DNA of 50,803 nucleotides, taken from Blastocatellia bacterium. GTDB taxonomy: Bacteria; Acidobacteriota; Blastocatellia; UBA7656. The notes below the pieces were generated by a model that made no database searches, was not told the origin of the DNA, and saw nothing but the letters and a program-made list of their open reading frames with translations. A program made the position numbers and the translations under genes. The stretch covers positions 1 through 50,803 of the forward strand of contig JAKEHD010000252.1 in the NCBI GenBank assembly GCA_022615215.1, in the 5' to 3' direction. Of the stretch, positions 18,866-26,656 are shown one piece after another (position 1 is the stretch's first letter; each line of letters begins with the position of its first letter).

Positions 18866-18925
18866 TTCAGCTATCAGCTATCAGCATTAATACAGACCAC
18901 TGATGGCTGATGGCTGATGGCTGAA
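18866..18925. repeat. heptamer-array hairpin (20-bp stem)
   Basis: ttcagctatcagctatcagc (18866-18885) pairs with gctgatggctgatggctgaa (18906-18925). The stem has 18 Watson-Crick pairs and 2 G:T(U) pairs when read on the plus strand. Confidence 0.9.
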
Positions 18926-18972
18926 TTCACCGATTCTTCTCTCGAATATGCCGACTGACCGGCACATCTCGA

Positions 18973-19941
18973 TCAAGCGCCTGATTCCGATTGCACGTGC
19001 TTGAGGTGCGTTATGTACTTTTCGGCCGCGAGCGCCGCAACCGTCGCATCGCCGACGGCATTGGTTATCTGCCTGACCATCTGCGAACGTATGTCGCCGG
19101 CGGCGAAAAGCCCCGGCACGCTCGTCTCCATGCGTTCGTTCGTGATGAGATGTCCGCCCTCATCGTGCGCAGGGTGATCGTCGAGGAAATATGTGTTGGG
19201 CTTGAAGCCTATGAATATGAATACCCCCTGCGTGGGATGCTCGCGCACCTCGTCCGTCTTCATATCGCGCAGCACCACGCGGTCGACTTCGCCGTTGCCC
19301 TTTATCTCTTCGACCGCAGAGTTCCAGATCATTTCGGCTTTAGGGTTTTGCGATAGCTGGTCCTGAAGAATCTTCTGCGCGCGGAACTCGTCGCGGCGAT
19401 GTACGACGTAGACGCGGCTTCCGAAGCGCGTCAGGTAATTGGCCTCTTCGACAGCCGCGTCGCCTCCGCCCACGACGGTGATTACCTGACCGTTGAAGAA
19501 CGCGCCGTCGCACACGGCACAGTAGCTCACTCCGCGGCCTGCGAACTCATCTTCGCCCACAACGCCGAGCTTGCTAGGGGTGCCGCCCGCTGTGGCGATG
19601 ACGGTTATCGCCCGGTAGAGATTTTCTTCGCCGCTCAGTTCGTTGACGGTCTTCACCTCGAACATTCCGTCTGCGCGGCGGACGGATTTTACTTCCTCGT
19701 AAGTATTTATCTCGACCCCGAATTTGCGCGCGTGGCGTTCCATAAGCTCGGCAAGCTCTACGCCCTTGATGTGCTCGAACCCCGTGTAATCTTCTATGGC
19801 CTCGGTGTTGAGCAACTCTCCGCCCACGAGGCCCTTCTCTATAATCACAGTCTTCAGATTAGACCGCGAGCCGTATAACCCTGCGGTAAGCCCCGCAGGC
19901 CCGGCCCCTATGATCAGCATTTCGTAACTCTCTTCCATCAA
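18973..19941 (-). CDS. trxB: thioredoxin-disulfide reductase
   Basis: FAD motif IIGAGPAGLTAGLY, redox centre SYCAVCDG, NADPH motif VVGGGDAAVEEA, and 322 aa. Confidence 0.95.
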   Translation of the reverse strand: MMEESYEMLIIGAGPAGLTAGLYGSRSNLKTVIIEKGLVGGELLNTEAIEDYTGFEHIKGVELAELMERHARKFGVEINTYEEVKSVRRADGMFEVKTVNELSGEENLYRAITVIATAGGTPSKLGVVGEDEFAGRGVSYCAVCDGAFFNGQVITVVGGGDAAVEEANYLTRFGSRVYVVHRRDEFRAQKILQDQLSQNPKAEMIWNSAVEEIKGNGEVDRVVLRDMKTDEVREHPTQGVFIFIGFKPNTYFLDDHPAHDEGGHLITNERMETSVPGLFAAGDIRSQMVRQITNAVGDATVAALAAEKYITHLKHVQSESGA

Positions 19942-20049
19942 CTCCTCCGTTGTATTTCAATTGCTTCTACTGAACTGCGTCTAGTAGCCCCTCATTTTTA
20001 AAGGGCTGGTTTTGGTCCAGGTAGTTCGGAATTTCGGTGTATCTAAATT

Positions 20050-20232
20050 TCATATCTGAGGTATAAAAGCGCGGTCAAACGCCGGAACTTTGAACAGAAT
20101 CGTTTCTTTGTGCCCCTTTCGTTCAGCGTCTTCTGTGGCTTCAAAAGCGTTGTCTCCAACGCCCACGATTTCCTCATCCGATTCGCTTATAGCGACCCAC
20201 TTGTTTTCATACTGCGCCAGCTTTTCTGACAT
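20050..20232 (-). CDS. small DUF5678-like protein (possible orphan antitoxin-like)
   Basis: MSEKLAQYENKWVAISESDEEIVGVGDNAFEATEDAERKG...ILFKVP matches my recollection of the DUF5678 pattern. The start was chosen at the ATG at 20232; the track ORF extends to 20292. Confidence 0.4.
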   Translation of the reverse strand: MSEKLAQYENKWVAISESDEEIVGVGDNAFEATEDAERKGHKETILFKVPAFDRAFIPQI

Positions 20233-20362
20233 TGTAGATATTTCAACCATACAAACTGCCTGCCGCCTAATTATCTCCGCAAACATATACATTGTAAAGA
20301 TGAGCGAAATGAGCGGCCAATTGTTTCGTCTACGCTCTATGTCAACAGGGAATCCTGACGTC

Positions 20363-20575
20363 CTAAGCAGCGACTTCGATGTAATCTACGCGGCTGGTCG
20401 GCTCTGGAATTGGCAGTCCGTCCTCGCGCAGACCTCGTATGTGGAATACTATCGCCTCACGTATTTGCTGCTCGGTTTCTTCAACCGTCGTGCCTGTAGC
20501 CACACACCCTGGTAAATCGGGAACGTAGGCAGCATAGTTACTCTCTGCTTTTTCTATGACTATTGCATAACGCAT
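20363..20575 (-). CDS. hicB: type II antitoxin, HicB family
   Basis: MRYAIVIEKAESNYAAYVPDLPGCVATGTTVEETEQQIREAIVFHI is a classic HicB N-terminal domain. Confidence 0.85.
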   Translation of the reverse strand: MRYAIVIEKAESNYAAYVPDLPGCVATGTTVEETEQQIREAIVFHIRGLREDGLPIPEPTSRVDYIEVAA

Positions 20576-20590
20576 TTTCTATTCTCCCGG

Positions 20591-20776
20591 CTACTTCAAC
20601 CCAGCCTGTTTCAAAATGCTATTGAGGGTGCCAGACGGCAAATCATCATTAGGTTTACCTGGCACTGTTACCCGGCCTTTCTTAGTCGGATGCTTATACT
20701 GACGATGACTCCCTTCGGTAGAAACAAGATACCAACCGTCATCAATCAGCAACTTCAACACATCGCGCACCTTCAT
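20591..20776 (-). CDS. hicA: type II toxin, HicA family
   Basis: MKVRDVLKLLIDDGWYLVSTEGSHRQYKHPTKKGRVTVPGKPNDDLPSGTLNSILKQAGL is canonical HicA (61 aa). The ATG is at 20776. The longer track ORF (to 21232) overlaps pepA and was rejected. Confidence 0.85.
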   Translation of the reverse strand: MKVRDVLKLLIDDGWYLVSTEGSHRQYKHPTKKGRVTVPGKPNDDLPSGTLNSILKQAGLK

Positions 20777-20865
20777 CCCTGAACGATAGTCCGCCGTCCT
20801 CCAAAGCGTCAACGTGTTCGCACGTCTAATGCCTCGCATAAGTGCCGAGGCAACGTCGAAATCAA

Positions 20866-22380
20866 TTACCGTCTCGCCGCCCTGTCTATCACGAAGCCTG
20901 CCATGGCGCGCGTGCCGAAGCCCGTTGCCCCCTTCGACATGTAAGGCTTTTCCTCTTCGAGCCAGGCCGTCCCGGCTATGTCGAGGTGCGCCCACGGAAG
21001 TCCGTTTGTAAAGGTCTTCAAAAACATGCCCGCTGTGACGGTCCCTGCCTTGCGATTTCCCACGTTCTTCACGTCCGCTATGTCGCTCTTTATAAAATCG
21101 GCGTACTTGCTGTCGAATGGCATCTGCCATAATCGTTCGCCGGAGAGCTCGCCTGCCTGTATCAGACCGTCTATGATTCGCTGGTCTGTGCCCATCACTG
21201 CGGCCCGCACTGCGCCGAGCGCGATCGCGCAAGCGCCCGTAAGAGTGGCGGCGTCGACCATGTGTGTGGCCCCGCGACCGACGGCGTAAGCCAGAGCATC
21301 TGCAAGCGCCAGACGCCCCTCGGCGTCTGTGTTTAAGACTTCGATGGTCTTGCCGCTCAAACTCCTTACGACATCGCCCGGTTTTACGGCTTTGCCCGAA
21401 GGGAGATTCTCTGCTGCGGGAACGACTCCGAGGACGCGAACGCCGGGTTTGATGCGCGCAATCGCTTGCATGGCCCCTATTACGGCGGCCCCTCCGCCCA
21501 TATCGAATTTCATCTCGTCCATCTTCGCGGCGGGCTTGATCGATATGCCGCCGCTGTCGAACGTTATGCCCTTGCCTACGAGCGCAATCAACTCCTGACT
21601 CGCTTCACCTTGAGGAAAAAAGTCTTCCTTTTCAGGCTCGTGGCTCAACACTATCATGCGCGCAGGCTCATCGCTGCCGCGCGAGACCGCTAGCAGCGCG
21701 CCGCATCCCATACTTTTCAATTCCTCTTCGTCAAACGCTTCGAACGCGAGCCCTTCGCGCGCGGCCATCGCTTCGGCCTGTCGCGCAAGCTCTATGGGAG
21801 TCATCATGTTGCCCGGCTCATTGCCGAGCCGCCGGGCGAAGTTAGTGGCTTCGGCCATGGCGATACCTACCGAAACCGCTCGGCTGAGGTCGGGCGCATC
21901 GGGCGCGTCGCTCACAAGGTCGAGGCTTTCGATGGGGCGTGTGTCTTCGGTCTGCGATTTGTAGAGATCAGTATCCTCCTGGCCGAGCGCCCATCCCTCG
22001 ATGATGGCGCGCGCAGAAGTTTCAGGCTCAAGCCGGTCTCTCAATAGAAAAGCGGCCGAAGAGATGGCGCGTGAACGAAGCATCCTGACCGCTGTGCCTG
22101 CGAGTCGCTGCAAACCGAAAGGGTTCGCGTCATCGAACCGTCCCGCTCCGTATAGCATCAACCGTTGCGCCCTGAGCGCGCCCGTTTTGTAAAGAAGCAC
22201 CCACCGGTCTCGCTTGCCATTAAACTCTCCGCTATCGAATACCGATGCGACGGCCCCATCTGTGATATGGTTGAGCCGTGCGAGCGCGCCCTCATCGGGC
22301 GTTTCCCCCTCGAAGACCGGCACGATGAACACATCTTCATTTACATCTTCGAAACTTCTCCGGCTTGCAGTGATTTTCAT
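20866..22380 (-). CDS. pepA: leucyl aminopeptidase (M17)
   Basis: M17 signature NTDAEGRLALADAL plus the catalytic block VGKGITFDSGGISIKP. 504 aa. Confidence 0.92.
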   Translation of the reverse strand: MKITASRRSFEDVNEDVFIVPVFEGETPDEGALARLNHITDGAVASVFDSGEFNGKRDRWVLLYKTGALRAQRLMLYGAGRFDDANPFGLQRLAGTAVRMLRSRAISSAAFLLRDRLEPETSARAIIEGWALGQEDTDLYKSQTEDTRPIESLDLVSDAPDAPDLSRAVSVGIAMAEATNFARRLGNEPGNMMTPIELARQAEAMAAREGLAFEAFDEEELKSMGCGALLAVSRGSDEPARMIVLSHEPEKEDFFPQGEASQELIALVGKGITFDSGGISIKPAAKMDEMKFDMGGGAAVIGAMQAIARIKPGVRVLGVVPAAENLPSGKAVKPGDVVRSLSGKTIEVLNTDAEGRLALADALAYAVGRGATHMVDAATLTGACAIALGAVRAAVMGTDQRIIDGLIQAGELSGERLWQMPFDSKYADFIKSDIADVKNVGNRKAGTVTAGMFLKTFTNGLPWAHLDIAGTAWLEEEKPYMSKGATGFGTRAMAGFVIDRAARR

Positions 22381-22393
22381 AAAACCCCATGTT

Positions 22394-22566
22394 CAGCTAT
22401 CAGTCTTCAGCCATCAGCTATCAGTCTTCAGCCATCAGTGTAAAGTTTAGAGTTCGCGTTTTAGTATGTGAGAACAGCCTTGTTGGCTGAACTCTGAATT
22501 TTTCAGTTATCCGCTCTGTAGCTGAAAGCTGATGGCTGACGGCTGAAGACTGACAACGGATAGCTG
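22394..22566. repeat. heptamer arrays in inverted arrangement (21-nt super-unit cagctat-cagtctt-cagccat x2 ... aaagctg atggctg acggctg aagactg acaacgg atagctg)
   Basis: Left arm is 22394-22442 and right arm is 22525-22566, with a spacer of about 80 nt. The element fills the spacer between the pepA start and the IDH stop. Confidence 0.9.
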
Positions 22567-22567
22567 A

Positions 22568-23566
22568 TTAAAGCGAGCGTATGACCGCTTCGGTGAATTC
22601 GATGGTTGTGGCCTGTCCGCCGAGGTCGCGCGTCAGCACCTGTCCCTCGGCCAGTATTTTTTCAATCGCAGCCTGTATGCGGTCGGCCGCTTCCCGTTCG
22701 TCGATATGTTTCAGCATCAGGACCGACGTTTGAATCAGCGCCGTCGGATTGGCTATGCCGCGCCCGGCTATGTTTGGGGCCGACCCATGCACGGCTTCGA
22801 AGACGGCCATCTCGTCGCCTATGTTTGCGCCCGGCACCACTCCGAGTCCGCCGACAAGGCCCGCCCCGAGGTCCGATATTATATCGCCGTAGAGGTTCTC
22901 AAGCAGCAGAACGTCGAACTGGTTCGGGTTCATGACCAGTTGCATGCAGGCGTTATCTACTATCAGGTCATCGGCCAGGATTTCAGGGTAATCTTTTGCG
23001 ACCTCGCGGAAGCAATTCAGAAACAGCCCGTCTGACATCTTCATGATGTTAGCTTTATGAATGGCCGTGACCTTCTTCCTCGCTTCGCGGCGGGCGTATT
23101 CGAAAGCGAAGCGAGCTATGCGACGCGAGGCCCGGTCTGTGATTATCTTCAGGCTTTCGACCACGCCCGGCACGACTTCGTGTTCGAGACCGGAATAGAG
23201 GTCTTCGGTATTCTCGCGCACGACTATGAGGTCTACGTCTTCGTATCGTGATTTTACGCCTTTGAGCGATTTGATGGGCCGGAGATTTGCGTACAGGTCG
23301 AGCGCCTTCCGCAATCGAACATTCGAGCTGACGAACCCGGTCCCGACGGGCGTGGTGGCCGGGCCTTTGAGGGCGACCTTGTTTCTTTTGATCGATTCGA
23401 TCAGATCGGCAGGCAGGGGGTCTCCATACTTGGTAAGGGCTTCGGCGCCGACGACGAACGGCTCCCATTCTATCTGAACTCCGGCCGCGCGCAGCACGGA
23501 GACGGTCGCGCCCGTGACCTCCGGGCCTATGCCGTCGCCGGGTATAAGTGTGATCTTGCGCTTCAT
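22568..23566 (-). CDS. NAD-type isocitrate dehydrogenase (isocitrate/isopropylmalate dehydrogenase family)
   Basis: ITLIPGDGIGPEV, KVALKGPATTP, NLRP, LIVVRENTEDLYSG and NLYGDIISDL. At 332 aa it resembles IDH3-like NAD-IDH more than LeuB. Confidence 0.85.
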   Translation of the reverse strand: MKRKITLIPGDGIGPEVTGATVSVLRAAGVQIEWEPFVVGAEALTKYGDPLPADLIESIKRNKVALKGPATTPVGTGFVSSNVRLRKALDLYANLRPIKSLKGVKSRYEDVDLIVVRENTEDLYSGLEHEVVPGVVESLKIITDRASRRIARFAFEYARREARKKVTAIHKANIMKMSDGLFLNCFREVAKDYPEILADDLIVDNACMQLVMNPNQFDVLLLENLYGDIISDLGAGLVGGLGVVPGANIGDEMAVFEAVHGSAPNIAGRGIANPTALIQTSVLMLKHIDEREAADRIQAAIEKILAEGQVLTRDLGGQATTIEFTEAVIRSL

Positions 23567-23880
23567 TTAAAATACTCTCCTCATTATGAGGCCCTTGTGG
23601 CCCGTAACAAATCGGTAATGATACAGTAGCCTGCGACGGGCGCACAACCTGAAGGGCGCAACGGGACGGTTCAGAAGGCAAGGAAAAGGCTATCAGACCA
23701 AAATCAATGCTTTGCTCAGGGCTTATATGGAAGCTCACAAGACGTAGCGCCCGGCAATGAGCAACAGAGCGTTAGACGGCCCGCGTCTAATATGATAAAA
23801 GTTATGGAACGTCTGACGGACCTGGGGCGTTGGATTATGTGAAGTTCCAAGTTATTTTCATGACTGGAAAGGAGCCTGAG

Positions 23881-24879
23881 ATGAGATTGAAACCCGTGCC
23901 TTTTCACTTCAACGTCCATTCTCTGTTTTTAGTATTGTTTATTTCCGGCATTGCGGGGTTCGGCCAGACCGCTTCAAATGCCAATCCTCATGTAATCGGA
24001 AGTCTCATTATGAATGACGGCAGTACCAAAAAAGAGATTCCGTTCAAGCATGCTTACGCGACTTACGTGCTACCCGACACACTGATAGAAATCGCGCTCA
24101 GTGACAAGCCTCTCCCGGAACAGTATGAAGAGAGAGCGACCTACATCAATGTTCTGAGAAAAGAAGGGAGATTTAACGGGCTTGTGCTCAAAGTCAGAAA
24201 CGAAAAGATAGAACAGAGCCAGGCGTACTCCGAAATCAGCAAGAATCCGCAAAGAGACAACCGCCTGGGCGGCCTCTGGTACGCGAGCAAACGCAAACAG
24301 GTTTTTGAACTGACGAGCATGGAAAAAGGCGTACTCTCAGCGACGATTTCCTCCTCCGTGCTCGCTGATGAGAGCGGAATAGGCAAAAGAGGATCATACG
24401 AATACAGCGCCACATTCAAAGTCCCTGTTGCAGAGACGCTGGCCCTTTATGAGACGGAGAAAAACGATAAGCCTGCTGAAAGCTACATGGCTTTCTACAA
24501 GGCCGTCGAGGCCGGAGGCCTTGAAGAGGCGAGAAAGCTTATAGCCGCCGATTACGCCGCAGCATATCAAGGAGCGAAGGCAGAGGCGAAACTCTCAAAA
24601 CTGAAACCGTTGATCAAATCTTTCAGTCGAGTCGTTCAAATCCAGGTTTACAAGGGAGGCAAATCGGCGAAAATCCTGGTCGAGAATCCTGCGTATGAAG
24701 AAGAGTTGAAAAAATGGGAAGAGTCCTCCTCGCGCTCACCCGATAAACGCCCTGTGAGGCTTGCCGAGGTCCGGGCGGTCGTAGAAGACGGGCGGTGGAA
24801 AATTTATTGGGTGCTCGATACGGAGCAGTACAACATGCTCTCAGGAGATTATTTGCCGCTTTACGAAAGGCTCAATTGA
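23881..24879 (+). CDS. hypothetical secreted protein
   Basis: The ATG at 23881 follows GGAAAGGAG. A signal-like segment is present (VHSLFLVLFISGIAGFGQTAS). GC is lower than in the flanking genes. I recognised no family. Confidence 0.6.
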   Translation: MRLKPVPFHFNVHSLFLVLFISGIAGFGQTASNANPHVIGSLIMNDGSTKKEIPFKHAYATYVLPDTLIEIALSDKPLPEQYEERATYINVLRKEGRFNGLVLKVRNEKIEQSQAYSEISKNPQRDNRLGGLWYASKRKQVFELTSMEKGVLSATISSSVLADESGIGKRGSYEYSATFKVPVAETLALYETEKNDKPAESYMAFYKAVEAGGLEEARKLIAADYAAAYQGAKAEAKLSKLKPLIKSFSRVVQIQVYKGGKSAKILVENPAYEEELKKWEESSSRSPDKRPVRLAEVRAVVEDGRWKIYWVLDTEQYNMLSGDYLPLYERLN

Positions 24880-24927
24880 GGGGCAGGGAATCGGGACTGA
24901 ATCATCTTTCATAATCGTCAGGAAAAA

Positions 24928-24966
24928 GCCGCTCGCTCGACCGGCCAAGTCTGTCAGGCGAGCGGC
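24928..24966 (+). terminator. 9-bp perfect stem-loop downstream of the 23881-24879 gene
   Basis: GCCGCTCGC-(21 nt)-GCGAGCGGC. No T-tract follows, so terminator function is uncertain. Confidence 0.3.
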
Positions 24967-25094
24967 ACCTGTCATTGATGGAAAACCGCCTTCGCACGGC
25001 GCATACAACGGTAGACGGAGAAGCTTGTTTCTTATATTTCAATTGGTTCTTTAGGTCATCCCCATCGCGCCATAGCCTTCTCAGTTTTCGTCCT

Positions 25095-25124
25095 TTGCCA
25101 GGAGTTTCTGAAGGGCTATATAAT
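25095..25124 (+). promoter_or_regulatory. sigma70-like promoter for the DUF433/DUF5615 pair
   Basis: TTGCCA (25095-25100), an 18-nt spacer, then TATAAT (25119-25124), about 40 nt upstream of the ATG at 25166. Confidence 0.4.
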
Positions 25125-25165
25125 ACAGGATCGCATTTATATTGATAGTCGGGAGTGATAAGGAG

Positions 25166-25495
25166 ATGTCGACGCTGAAAAAAGTGGAGCAATTGCTTTC
25201 CGAGATGACGCGAGCCGAAAAGGTGCGCTTGCTTCAGTTGATAGCGCACGATCTCAGCGATGATGTTCCGGGAATCGAGAGGGCTTCTGATGTATGTGGA
25301 GGCGACCCGCGCATCGCCGGCACTCGTATCCCTGTATGGGTTTTAGTTCAATACAAAAATCTAGGGGCTGACGAAGCGGACCTGCTCCGCGCCTACCCGA
25401 CTTTGCGAGCCGAAGACTTGGCAAACGCCTGGTCTTATTATCGAATGCACAAAGAAGAGATCGAAGAGCAGATAGTCGAAAACGAAGCAGACTGA
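25166..25495 (+). CDS. DUF433 domain protein (antitoxin-like partner)
   Basis: GGDPRIAGTRIPVWVLVQYKNLGADEADLLRAYPTLRAEDLANAWSYY is the DUF433 core. The ATG at 25166 has an AAGGAG RBS. Confidence 0.8.
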   Translation: MSTLKKVEQLLSEMTRAEKVRLLQLIAHDLSDDVPGIERASDVCGGDPRIAGTRIPVWVLVQYKNLGADEADLLRAYPTLRAEDLANAWSYYRMHKEEIEEQIVENEAD

Positions 25496-25496
25496 T

Positions 25497-25838
25497 ATGG
25501 CCCGCCTGTATTCGAATGAGAACTTCCCCCTTCCGGTCGTCGAGGAACTCAGACGGCTCGGCCATGATGTGCTGACGATTCAAGAAGCAGGTAAAGCCAA
25601 TCAAGCATGCTCAGACGAAGAGGTGTTGGAATCGGCCAGCGCGGATGGGCGCGCGGTTTTGACGATCAATCGCAGAGATTTCAGGCGGTTGCATCAGAAG
25701 CAACCCGGCCACTGTGGGATAATTATTTGCACAGCCGATCTTGATTTCGCCCGTCAGGCAATACGCATTCATGATGCAATCGAAGCGAGTGATTCAACAG
25801 CAGGCAAGTTGATAAGAGTAAACCGCCCGGCGAAATAA
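25497..25838 (+). CDS. DUF5615 family PIN-like protein (toxin-like partner)
   Basis: MARLYSNENFPLPVVEELRRLGHDVLTIQEAG...AVLTINRRDF is typical of DUF5615. It starts 2 nt after the DUF433 stop. Confidence 0.8.
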   Translation: MARLYSNENFPLPVVEELRRLGHDVLTIQEAGKANQACSDEEVLESASADGRAVLTINRRDFRRLHQKQPGHCGIIICTADLDFARQAIRIHDAIEASDSTAGKLIRVNRPAK

Positions 25839-25963
25839 GCGGCTGCATCTTATCAGTCGAAGCCCTATAAACGGTGAAATAGATTTGCTGTAAATTTGAT
25901 CGCGTAGCACTAAAAGTTAAAGATGCGGTATTTTGGAGAGCATTATAACAAGAGGAAAATTGC

Positions 25964-26488
25964 ATGCGTAAAGATTTGAAGTTGAAGCAAGCCGCAATGC
26001 GCAAGCGATGGAGAAAACCAAGGCGGAACGAACAGGTTGCATATAATAAAGCAAGAGTTGAAAAGGCCGATAAGTATTCAACCAGCAAAACTTTAATACC
26101 TGCTACTCCACATACATCAATAAAATCGCCTTCTCGCCATAGTAAAAAGACTGACCATTCTTTGTCTATCGGTCACGAGGTATTGCTTTTGAACGAGTCT
26201 CCGTACGCTGAGTCTTGCCTGCCACAGACGATGAAGATGGCAGAACAATCTAAAAGACTTCTCTCTAGGTTGCTTCGTCAATTTCCAAAGAAATGGCCCT
26301 TCGCCGATAAGGTACTGGCCCTGTTGGCTCCAAGTTTTTTAGAAGATATAAGAGACTATTACTCCAATAACGGGCAAGGTATGATGAGAATGTTTGAGGG
26401 ACATCAATTAGAGTATTTGGACAATCTGCTGGTGCGTGATTTGACCAAGCTTTTAAAGAACATCAAAGAGTATAGCTCCTCTCGATAA
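25964..26488 (+). CDS. hypothetical protein (low-GC orphan, basic N-terminus)
   Basis: 174-aa ORF in a segment of about 40% GC. I recognised no family. Confidence 0.4.
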   Translation: MRKDLKLKQAAMRKRWRKPRRNEQVAYNKARVEKADKYSTSKTLIPATPHTSIKSPSRHSKKTDHSLSIGHEVLLLNESPYAESCLPQTMKMAEQSKRLLSRLLRQFPKKWPFADKVLALLAPSFLEDIRDYYSNNGQGMMRMFEGHQLEYLDNLLVRDLTKLLKNIKEYSSSR

Positions 26489-26588
26489 TGAATGCTCGAA
26501 GTAATTGAGCCTAATTCTTCATTTTGCCTCTACATCTGTGACGCTGCCTTTCATCGCCCGGTCGGCGGCGATTGAATTTGAGATTGGC

Positions 26589-26616
26589 TTGACGCTAAAC
26601 GACTGGCGCGTATAAT
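26589..26616 (+). promoter_or_regulatory. strong sigma70-like promoter for the ABC exporter gene
   Basis: TTGACG (26589-26594), a 16-nt spacer, then TATAAT (26611-26616), 40 nt upstream of the ATG at 26657. Confidence 0.5.
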
Positions 26617-26656
26617 GGAGCGTTAAATCGGATCGCACCTTCCCGGACTTGCTGCA

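Noticed and set aside
20777-21232. N-terminal extension of the HicA ORF (track ORF 20591-21232, 213 aa).
   Set aside because: The extension overlaps the 3-prime end of pepA in another frame and is Arg-rich nonsense. Canonical 61-aa HicA begins at the ATG at 20776.
24902-25249. 115-aa minus-strand ORF between the secreted orphan and the DUF433 gene.
   Set aside because: It overlaps the promoter and 5-prime end of the DUF433 gene. Its composition is basic and low-complexity, with no RBS or motifs.
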